Assembly (NCBI GenBank): GCA_049598495.1
Contig: JBMYNR010000015.1
Location: 1 to 32,428, forward strand
From: Opitutales bacterium
GTDB taxonomy: Bacteria; Verrucomicrobiota; Verrucomicrobiia; Opitutales; Coraliomargaritaceae
Reading direction: 5' to 3'
Length of the DNA: 32,428 nt
Shown here: in pieces, positions 1 to 8,647 of the stretch
Numbering within the stretch: position 1 is the first letter of the stretch
How the letters are laid out: each line of letters starts with the position of its first letter
The notes under the pieces: generated by a model
Database searches by the model: none
What the model was told of the DNA's origin: nothing
The model's input: only the letters and a program-made list of their open reading frames with translations
Made by a program: the position numbers and the translations under genes

Positions 1-32
1 GGTCGGGGGTTCGAATCCCTCCGCCCATGCCA
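1..32 (+). tRNA. 3' part of a tRNA, probably tRNA-Trp (truncated by window start)
   Basis: T-arm GGGGG-TTCGAAT-CCCTC, acceptor 3' strand CGCCCAT, discriminator G, encoded CCA. U72/G73 fits Trp identity; the anticodon is not visible. Confidence 0.8.
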
Positions 33-52
33 TCCGGCCAGGGCTCCTGGAT

Positions 53-96
53 TCTCACCTACGGTGGTCCGGTCCGCGTTGCGGCCGGTCTTGTCG
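53..96 (+). repeat. tRNA-downstream structured motif TCTCACCT..GGTGGTCCGGT-hairpin-CCGGTCTTGTCG
   Basis: A related copy lies on the minus strand at 32358-32403. The flanks are conserved and the inner hairpin differs but still pairs. Confidence 0.75.
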
Positions 97-242
97 GCCT
101 TACGGCTGGGTCTACACCAAAAATTGGGGACAAGAGCGATTTCCTGGACCCGACCATCAGCGGATATCAACGGGTAGCAATACGGCGCTTATCTTTTATG
201 CGGCCCTTGATTGCAGGATCGAAGCTCTTACGGGTCTATGGT

Positions 243-268
243 CGATGGCATCGGTCTGCCGTCCCTAC
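243..268 (-). repeat. GTAG-type REP-like palindrome (single copy)
   Basis: Minus strand reads GTAGGGACGGCAGACCGATGCCATCG and shares GCCGTCCCTAC with the REP at 5556-5566. Confidence 0.6.
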
Positions 269-382
269 GATGGACCCATTGGACCACAGTTTTATCAATT
301 AGCGAGTCATTGCCCGGAAGGCATCCACTATTCTGATGCTTGCATCTATAACAGCGCGTGTAGCCAGTTTGCGAGGTGGGGG

Positions 383-985
383 CTATTTGGTGGACAGGTC
401 GTTCCTGTTTACAATGCGATCAATCAGATCCGAGAGTTGCTCAACGAGGCTGCCAGTGCTCTGAGTATGGTCATAGGTTTGATAGTCGATGTCGTAGCGT
501 TCAAGGTTGGTTTCAAGGTTACGGATGTTTTGGAGCTTCCGTGCCACCTCCTGCTCGAGTGAGCGGCGCAGTGAGTCCGACTCAGCATCCTCAATCTTGG
601 TTTGGAGTTTCTTGGTGGCCTCAATCAGGCGATCGCGCGCGGCCAGCGTTTGTTCAGCGTGGGTGTTGGAGTTGCTGTGTTCGATGGCTCCGTCTATTTT
701 GGATGCGACTGGATATAGGTGCATTCGCCACTGATTGATCAGGTGGAGGTCTTTAATCTCGTAGGTAAAAAAACGCCCAGTGTCTCGCCGAGTAGCATGT
801 AAATGAGTGGCGTTGCGTCCTTCCAGGCGAATGGGGATGACGCGGTATTGCCGGTCGATCAAGTGCATCTCTCGAGGATAGCCCTCTGCGCGGATCGCAT
901 AATATTCGTAGCCGGCGAATGCGACAGTGGTGAGCACCGCAAGCGTTAGTAATTGTTTTAGCCACCAGAAAGCCCGGGTAAACAT
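383..985 (-). CDS. Hypothetical membrane-anchored protein with C-terminal coiled coil (200 aa)
   Basis: N-terminal hydrophobic segment, heptad-rich C-terminus, and an upstream TTGACA-17-AACTCT promoter-like motif. Confidence 0.75.
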   Translation of the reverse strand: MFTRAFWWLKQLLTLAVLTTVAFAGYEYYAIRAEGYPREMHLIDRQYRVIPIRLEGRNATHLHATRRDTGRFFTYEIKDLHLINQWRMHLYPVASKIDGAIEHSNSNTHAEQTLAARDRLIEATKKLQTKIEDAESDSLRRSLEQEVARKLQNIRNLETNLERYDIDYQTYDHTQSTGSLVEQLSDLIDRIVNRNDLSTK

Positions 986-991
986 TCCACT

Positions 992-1020
992 AGAGTTAGT
1001 AGAGGCCTAAAATGTGTCAA
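992..1020 (-). promoter_or_regulatory. sigma70-type promoter for the 383..985 gene (leaderless geometry)
   Basis: TTGACA (1020-1015), 17 nt, AACTCT (997-992), 6 nt, ATG (985). Confidence 0.5.
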
Positions 1021-1118
1021 CGAACAAGGACTGCGCGAGCCACGGTTTCTCAGTGGTTTCAGTTACTTGAGCCGCTCTCGGTAAGGATCAAGCTCGATTG
1101 CTCAAGGAGCTCACGTGC

Positions 1119-1187
1119 TGTGACAGGTGTGACATTCTCTGGCTCTAAAGGCTCAATTTGTGACATTAATGGTGACCGAGTGTCACA
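1119..1187. promoter_or_regulatory. Cluster of TGTGACA/TGTCACA boxes upstream of dnaK (putative activator sites)
   Basis: TGTGACA at 1119, 1128 and 1159; GTGAC-CGAG-TGTCACA at 1172-1187; followed by an AT-rich spacer. Confidence 0.55.
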
Positions 1188-1273
1188 GTATAAAGCGGTC
1201 AAAATTCGTTATTTGAGTGTTTTTGTATTTTAACTCAATGGATTAGAAAGATTTATGTAATATCTCTAATCTG

Positions 1274-1289
1274 AGGCATTGCCTGTGCT
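1274..1289 (+). promoter_or_regulatory. Putative sigma54 (-24/-12) promoter of dnaK
   Basis: aGGCAttgcctgTGCt with exact GG-N10-GC spacing (GG 1275-76, GC 1287-88). Confidence 0.55.
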
Positions 1290-1300
1290 TTGGGGTAGGC

Positions 1301-3244
1301 ATGGGTAAAATTATTGGAATCGATCTAGGCACGACAAACTCCTGCATGTCCGTAATGGAAGGTGGAGAGTCTGTTGTGATACCAAACTCGGAGGGCGCAC
1401 GCACAACGCCTTCGGTGGTGGCTTTCGCCAAGAATGGTGAGCGTCTTGTTGGCCAGGCGGCAAAACGTCAGGCTGTAACCAATCCGAGTAATACTATTTT
1501 CTCTGCGAAGCGTTTTATCGGGCGCAAGTACGACGAGGTGCAGGAAGAGGCAGCCAGCCTTCCTTACAAAATTGTCAAGGGCAAGAACGGTGACGCCTAC
1601 ATTGAGTGTGAGGTAAATGGTACGCCGGAGCAGTTTGCACCGGAGCAAATTTCCGCCATGGTATTGCAGAAACTGAAAGCAGATGCCGAGGCCTACCTTG
1701 GTGAGAAGGTGACTGAAGCCGTGATCACAGTGCCGGCCTACTTCAATGATGCGCAGCGCCAAGCGACGAAGGATGCTGGTCAGATTGCCGGTCTTGAAGT
1801 GAAGCGTATTATCAACGAGCCGACTGCGGCGGCGCTGGCCTATGGCCTGGAGAAGGGGCAGGACGAAGTGATCGCTGTTTACGATTTGGGCGGTGGCACT
1901 TTCGACGTCTCGATTCTAGAAATCGGCGACGGTGTTTTCGAAGTGAAGGCAACCAACGGTGATACCCATCTTGGTGGTGACAACTGGGATAGTGCTCTGA
2001 TCGACTTCCTGATCGACGAGTTCAAGAAGAGTGACGGCATCGACCTCCGTAATGACAAGATGGCTCTGCAACGCCTCAAAGAAGAAGCGGAGAAGGCAAA
2101 GATCGCTCTGTCATCCACTCAGAGCACGGATATCAATCTACCGTTTATCACTGCGGATGCCTCGGGTCCAAAGCACCTGAATATTCAACTTTCACGTGCC
2201 AAGCTCGAGCAGATCTGTGATGCGCTCTACCAGCGTACAATTGCACCCTACAAAGCCTGCTTGGAGGATTCCGGGCACACGGCCGATGAGATCGGCGAGC
2301 TGGTTCTCGTGGGTGGTATGACTCGTGCGCCTAAGGTGGTTGAACTTGCCAAGGAGCTCACGGGCAAGGCGCCTCACCAAGGGGTGAACCCCGACGAAGT
2401 CGTGGCTATAGGTGCTGCGATTCAGGGTGGTGTGCTTCAAGGTGATGTGCGTGACGTTCTTCTTCTCGACGTGACACCGCTGACGCTTGCGATCGAGACA
2501 GCGGGCGGTGTGGCCACCGCGATGATTGAGCGTAACACCACAATTCCGACCAAGAAGAGTCAGACCTTTTCAACCTACGCGGACAATCAAACTGCGGTGG
2601 ACATCCAGGTCCTCCAGGGTGAGCGTCCCATGGCGAAGGACAACAAGGTCCTCGGCACTTTCCGACTCGATGGGATCCCTGCTGCCGCCCGTGGCGTGCC
2701 GCAGATCGAGGTGACCTTCGATATCGATGCCAATGGTATTTTGAATGTCAGTGCCAAGGACCAGGGCACCGGCAAGGAACAGCACATTACTATTACCGGC
2801 TCTTCCGGTCTCGATAAGGAAGAAGTTGAAAAGCTGAAGCGTGAAGCGGAAGCCCATGCGGCTGAGGATGAGGCCCTCAAAGCCGGTGTTGAAGCTCGTA
2901 ATGAACTCGACAATATAGTCTATCAAGCGGAGAAGCAGATCGAGGAACTCGGTGACAAGATCCCTGCGGATAAGAAGACCGAGCTTGAGTCTGCGATTGC
3001 CGATGCGAAGGCGGTTCTCGAGAATCAGGAAGCCGATGCCGATACGCTGAAGGCACCGAAGGACAAGATCATGGAAATCATGCAATCCTTCGCGCAGGAT
3101 CTCTACGCACAGCAGGCTGCTGAAGGCGCTGCAGCGGGTCCGGAAGGGGCCGCGACGGAGGACGATTCCGAGCCGAAGCCGGCTGAAGGCGCCGAAACGG
3201 TCGATGCCGACTTCGAGGTCGTCGACGATGATAATAATAAATAG
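1301..3244 (+). CDS. dnaK: Chaperone DnaK (Hsp70)
   Basis: [25 protein letters not shown] and [15 protein letters not shown] motifs; C-terminal DADFE. Confidence 0.99.
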   Translation: MGKIIGIDLGTTNSCMSVMEGGESVVIPNSEGARTTPSVVAFAKNGERLVGQAAKRQAVTNPSNTIFSAKRFIGRKYDEVQEEAASLPYKIVKGKNGDAYIECEVNGTPEQFAPEQISAMVLQKLKADAEAYLGEKVTEAVITVPAYFNDAQRQATKDAGQIAGLEVKRIINEPTAAALAYGLEKGQDEVIAVYDLGGGTFDVSILEIGDGVFEVKATNGDTHLGGDNWDSALIDFLIDEFKKSDGIDLRNDKMALQRLKEEAEKAKIALSSTQSTDINLPFITADASGPKHLNIQLSRAKLEQICDALYQRTIAPYKACLEDSGHTADEIGELVLVGGMTRAPKVVELAKELTGKAPHQGVNPDEVVAIGAAIQGGVLQGDVRDVLLLDVTPLTLAIETAGGVATAMIERNTTIPTKKSQTFSTYADNQTAVDIQVLQGERPMAKDNKVLGTFRLDGIPAAARGVPQIEVTFDIDANGILNVSAKDQGTGKEQHITITGSSGLDKEEVEKLKREAEAHAAEDEALKAGVEARNELDNIVYQAEKQIEELGDKIPADKKTELESAIADAKAVLENQEADADTLKAPKDKIMEIMQSFAQDLYAQQAAEGAAAGPEGAATEDDSEPKPAEGAETVDADFEVVDDDNNK

Positions 3245-3253
3245 GTTTTAAGC

Positions 3254-3290
3254 AGTTGCGCTCGGACTGACCGTCCGGCGCGGCTTTTTT
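3254..3290 (+). terminator. Imperfect hairpin plus T6 between dnaK and groES
   Basis: AGTTGCGCTCGGAC pairs with GTCCGGCGCGGCT (G-U pairs, one bulge), followed by a T run. Confidence 0.5.
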
Positions 3291-3334
3291 CGAGAACCAT
3301 AATCTCCACAACCATACATACATACATAATACAT

Positions 3335-3610
3335 ATGAAAATCAAACCACTCGGTGCACGCGTTGTTGTTAAGCGCGTTGAAGAAGACGAACAAATCCGT
3401 GGCGGGATCATCATCCCCGACTCCGCTAAGGAAAAGTCCCAGGAGGCAGAAGTGATTGCCTTGGGCACTGGCAAAGAGGATGACAAGCCTTTCTACGTAA
3501 AGAAGGGGGACAAGGTCCTCATGCCTCAATACGGCGGTACTCAAGTCAAGATTGACGGTGTTGAATACACCATCATCGAGGAAGACAGCCTCCTTGGCGT
3601 CATTGCTTAA
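3335..3610 (+). CDS. groES: Co-chaperonin GroES
   Basis: [30 protein letters not shown]; directly upstream of groEL. Confidence 0.98.
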   Translation: MKIKPLGARVVVKRVEEDEQIRGGIIIPDSAKEKSQEAEVIALGTGKEDDKPFYVKKGDKVLMPQYGGTQVKIDGVEYTIIEEDSLLGVIA

Positions 3611-3634
3611 TCAATTCATAACCCGAAACTATAA

Positions 3635-5274
<1,640 letters not shown>

Positions 5275-5312
5275 GCGCCTGTTTCTCACACTGCGAAACA
5301 ATTAGAATAACG

Positions 5313-5341
5313 AAGCCCCGACCAATCGGTCGGGGCTTTTT
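5313..5341 (+). terminator. Intrinsic terminator of groEL
   Basis: Perfect stem AAGCCCCGACC-AATC-GGTCGGGGCTT followed by TTT. Confidence 0.9.
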
Positions 5342-5461
5342 ACTGGTGCATCGTCAAAGTCTGGGGAAGGATGCGCTCTTGACCAAAGCTTGGGGACATA
5401 GGGCAAAGACCTTAAAATCGCGGGCCGTATTTTTATACCGCTGATAACCGCTCATGACCTC

Positions 5462-5604
5462 TAATACCAATTCGCAAAAGGTCTGACCTTTAAGGTAGGG
5501 ACGCATGCCCTCTGCGTCCGCTGCGTCCCGCAAGTATCTCGGACGGCCCAGGGCAGCCGTCCCTACCTTTGTAACCAGTTCAAACTTTTTGGCAGGTGGT
5601 ATTA
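5462..5604. mobile_element. 143-bp imperfect palindrome (MITE-like) enclosing a REP doublet
   Basis: Ends TAATACCA...TGGTATTA; inner inverted repeat CAAAAGGTCTGACCT vs CAAAAAGTTTGAACT; perfect AAGGTAGGGACG/CGTCCCTACCTT. Confidence 0.55.
5495..5566. repeat. Inverted GTAG-type REP doublet (REPIN/BIME-like)
   Basis: GTAGGGACGCATGCCCTCTGCGTCCG ... CGGACGGCCCAGGGCAGCCGTCCCTAC. Confidence 0.75.
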
Positions 5605-5793
5605 TTCCACCTAAATTCAATCGGCTCTAGTAGATTCGATGATATCAAATCGGCCGTGCAGATTGATTACATTCGGCTTTCCGAGTTTGTCACCACAGCT
5701 ATTCGCATTGTGGAGTCCCCCTGCTGGAGTTCAGCCCCGTCTAATTCTGGGGAGAGCCCAAAACGATAAGGAGTGTCGTGGGGCTACATTTTT

Positions 5794-8397
5794 CTATTTT
5801 TGAAACCAACGCACATCTCCGGCGGACCAATTTTCATCGAGGGTCAGCGCCAGATGTCGACCGAAGTGGGAAGCGGTGGTTTTTTCGGGTAGTCCGGAAC
5901 TGAGGACGTAGCATGCCCGTTTGGCGCGGGTGAGGGCGACGTAGGCGGAGCAGAGTTCGTTGGTCTTGGATTCGGCATCGAGGCGTTCTGCCTGAGCGCG
6001 GAGAACGGGGTCGGTCTCGGTCATCTCTTTTGTCGGTAGGAGCATGCCCCATCGGGCTTCTTTGGTTTCGGGACCGAGGACGAGTTCGCCGGCGCTGTCA
6101 CTTCGACTGGGGCCGTCGAGTCCGCTGACGATGACCATTTCAAAGCCGAGCCCCTTGGCCTGGTGGATGGTCATGATTCGGACGGCGTCGCGTGACTCAG
6201 CCTCTTGTGCCTCGGTCGCTTCAATCGCGGCGATAAAGGCGTCGATGGAGGCATCTGAAGAAGCTCTCGAATCGAAGAGTTCGGCTGCGGCAAGAAGCGA
6301 CTCGGCGCGACTTGCGAGGAATTGCTCGGATGGAGAATCATGGTCGCGGGGGTCGTCCCGACCGCCATTGACTGGCAGCTGACTCTGACTGGTGGCGCTC
6401 GGGACGAGTGCCGCTACCTGTTGGCCAAAGGCCAGCTCGATCCATTTTTGAATCGTCGCGGCGTAACCCTCATCGGCGATGGACTGGAGGGTGGTGGTGC
6501 GGAAGCTCTCCAAGTCGTCAAGTCCCCAAGTGGTGGCACAGGGAAATCCTTGGGCGATCCCGGCGGCAAGGCTGTCCTGCGGATGGGCGACGGCGCGCAA
6601 TGCTGCGAGCACGGCACTGCCGAGCGGGTTATCGGTGCAGGGATTGGATTTGCCTTCAATGGCGACGGGTATGCCGTGGGTCTGAAGTAGGGCGGCGAGC
6701 TCGGCGGCATCTTTATTTTGCCGGAGCAAGACGGCGCACTCGATTCCACGGGTGACCGGGTCGACTTCCTCAAGAATGCGGAGCACTTCGAGATGCAGGG
6801 CGCGACTCTCCTCATCTGGGTCTTTCTCGACAACGCGCCAGCAGGCGAAGCCCCGACGTTCACGAATGGGCTCGGCGACCGTGTGGGTGTTCCAGCCAAG
6901 GGTCCATTTATCGACCGACGCAGCGGGCAGCTTGAGGGTCTCGGCATGGCTGGGCAGATCGCCGAAGACCCGGTTGACCATTTCGATAACCGGCTCGGTC
7001 GAACGCCAGGATTGGGTGAGGGCGGGGGCCTCTTCGATGGCAGGTCTGTATTGATCGTAGATTTCACGGAAGAGATCGGCATCGCCCCCCCGCCAGCCGT
7101 AAATAGCCTGTTTGGTATCACCCACATAGAAGAGCGAACGCTGCCCCGAATCGTCCATGACCACCTCGTCGATGAAGGTGCTGAGAATGTCCCATTGGGT
7201 GCGGCTGGTATCCTGAAATTCATCGAGCAGCCAGTGATCAAAATTCTGGTCGATCCGGTAAGCGACCTGTGTGCGCCAATCGAGAGCATCGATCGTATCG
7301 GAGTCGACGGCCCGCTCGGCCAAGAGGGTGGTGATATCTGCGAAGCTGATGAGCCCCGCGCCGCGGACGAGTTCCCCGTAGACGGATTCATAGCGAGCGA
7401 CAAAAAGGAAGAGCCCCTGCGCCCGCTCGAGGAATTGTTGGAGCCGATCAGCAAAAAGGGCGTCGGCGAGGGCTCTCCGAGCGGCCTCCACCTCAGGGCT
7501 CATGTCGAGCCAGCCTGTTTTCTTTTGGGTCAGCCGAAGATAGGGCGTTTTCGGTTCGCTGATCAGTTTGCTTTTCAGAAAATTTTTGATGGGATCGCTC
7601 CAGGCCTGACCGGGTTGAAGCGCACGGACAGCTTCAAGATTGAGCTCCAAATAGACGCGGGCCTCATCGGAGAGCTCCGGGTTGGTCGCATGGGCGGTCC
7701 GCTCGAAGGCGTCGGCCGCCTCGGCGATGGTCGGTGCGTCAGCAAAGGGCATCCCGTCAGACCAAATCGCAGCTGGGTCGCCCCAAGTGGCATCGGCGGG
7801 TGTCTCGAGGAAGCGTTGATGAAGCCGCTCCATTTCGCGGAGAAGCGTGGTGAAGACATTCCGTTCGCCGTTTTTACGGGAGATTTGGCGGCATTGCTCG
7901 ATCATGGCCATAAGGCCATTTCCCGTGGCGGCCCCGATGGCGAAGCTCTGAGCCAATGCCCGTTCGCGGGCACTGGCGAGGCTGGCGGTATCGGCTATGG
8001 CAAACTCTTCCGGTAGCCCCGATTCCAGCGGAAACTGCCGGGCCACCCGAGCGAAGAAACTATCGATCGTGCTGAGGCCGAGGCGTCCGAAGTGTTCGGC
8101 GATGTGCCGAAGTAACTCGCAGCATTCGCGGTTAGTCAGTTCGCGGTGATGGGTGGCCTCGGCCAATGCGCCCAGTTTATCGGTATCCGTAGCGGCATCG
8201 GCGAGACGGATAAGAAGCTCATCAAGGAATTCTCCGGCGGATTTCCGAGTGAAGGTGAGGGCAGCAATGCGATCGACCGGGACGCCTGCGAGCATGAGCT
8301 GGATAATCCGTGTGGTCAGGGCATAGGTCTTTCCCGAGCCGGCATTGGCCACCAGCATCTCGTGTCTGAATCCGGAGGATAGGGACGGGCTTTTCAT
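5794..8397 (-). CDS. addA: UvrD/AddA-family SF1 helicase lacking a C-terminal nuclease domain
   Basis: ANAGSGKT, LTFTRKSA, LLDEFQD, VGDTKQAIYGWRG, MTIHQAKGLGF, YVALTRAK; downstream of an addB-like gene. Confidence 0.85.
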   Translation of the reverse strand: MKSPSLSSGFRHEMLVANAGSGKTYALTTRIIQLMLAGVPVDRIAALTFTRKSAGEFLDELLIRLADAATDTDKLGALAEATHHRELTNRECCELLRHIAEHFGRLGLSTIDSFFARVARQFPLESGLPEEFAIADTASLASARERALAQSFAIGAATGNGLMAMIEQCRQISRKNGERNVFTTLLREMERLHQRFLETPADATWGDPAAIWSDGMPFADAPTIAEAADAFERTAHATNPELSDEARVYLELNLEAVRALQPGQAWSDPIKNFLKSKLISEPKTPYLRLTQKKTGWLDMSPEVEAARRALADALFADRLQQFLERAQGLFLFVARYESVYGELVRGAGLISFADITTLLAERAVDSDTIDALDWRTQVAYRIDQNFDHWLLDEFQDTSRTQWDILSTFIDEVVMDDSGQRSLFYVGDTKQAIYGWRGGDADLFREIYDQYRPAIEEAPALTQSWRSTEPVIEMVNRVFGDLPSHAETLKLPAASVDKWTLGWNTHTVAEPIRERRGFACWRVVEKDPDEESRALHLEVLRILEEVDPVTRGIECAVLLRQNKDAAELAALLQTHGIPVAIEGKSNPCTDNPLGSAVLAALRAVAHPQDSLAAGIAQGFPCATTWGLDDLESFRTTTLQSIADEGYAATIQKWIELAFGQQVAALVPSATSQSQLPVNGGRDDPRDHDSPSEQFLASRAESLLAAAELFDSRASSDASIDAFIAAIEATEAQEAESRDAVRIMTIHQAKGLGFEMVIVSGLDGPSRSDSAGELVLGPETKEARWGMLLPTKEMTETDPVLRAQAERLDAESKTNELCSAYVALTRAKRACYVLSSGLPEKTTASHFGRHLALTLDENWSAGDVRWFQK
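6342..6418. repeat. REP doublet inserted in frame within addA
   Basis: GGTCGCGGGGGTCGTCCCGACCGCCA (6342-6367) vs the reverse complement of 6393-6418, GGTAGCGGCACTCGTCCCGAGCGCCA: 21/26 identical with a compensatory C-G/G-C pair. Confidence 0.7.
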
Positions 8398-8647
8398 AGG
8401 GTCATTGCAGGGATGAATTTGAATTCACCAGAAAGAGCACGATGGAAACCACCCGGTCTTAATCCTACTCTTAATCGAAACCGACGTAGATTATTTAACC
8501 ACAGAGAACACGAAGATGGAGGCGGGGGCCCAAATGCTCTGAATCGTAATCTTAGTCTGAAAGGACGCGAGGGGTTAAGAGTCAGAGTCAGACGGCGAGG
8601 GGCATCGGCTGGTTGCTCATTTTCCATCATTAACTTTCCACGCTCCA
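8398..8647. repeat. Intergenic stack of degenerate 6-, 7- and ~9-mer tandem repeats between addB and addA
   Basis: TCTTAA/TCCTAC/TCTTAA (8457-8474), TCTGAA/TCGTAA/TCTTAG/TCTGAA (8538-8561), inverted TTAAGA/GTCAGA/GTCAGA (8575-8592), five heptamers (8613-8647), and AACCACAGAGAACACGAAG (8497-8515). Confidence 0.65.

Noticed and set aside
27..562. Small plus-strand ORFs after the tRNA (also 5354..5620 after groEL)
   Set aside because: They run through repeat and palindrome DNA or antisense to a real gene, with no coding signal.
1000..1300. CIRCE/HrcA or sigma32 site upstream of dnaK
   Set aside because: No TTAGCACTC-N9-GAGTGCTAA and no CTTGAA/CCCCAT pair found.
3335..3610. Short roof loop in GroES ([12 protein letters not shown])
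   Set aside because: This loop varies in length among GroES proteins; not enough evidence to call it unusual.
6718..8016. 432-aa plus-strand ORF (also the 346-aa alternate-frame ORF 6414..7454)
   Set aside because: Shadow frames of addA in GC-rich DNA with no recognisable motifs.
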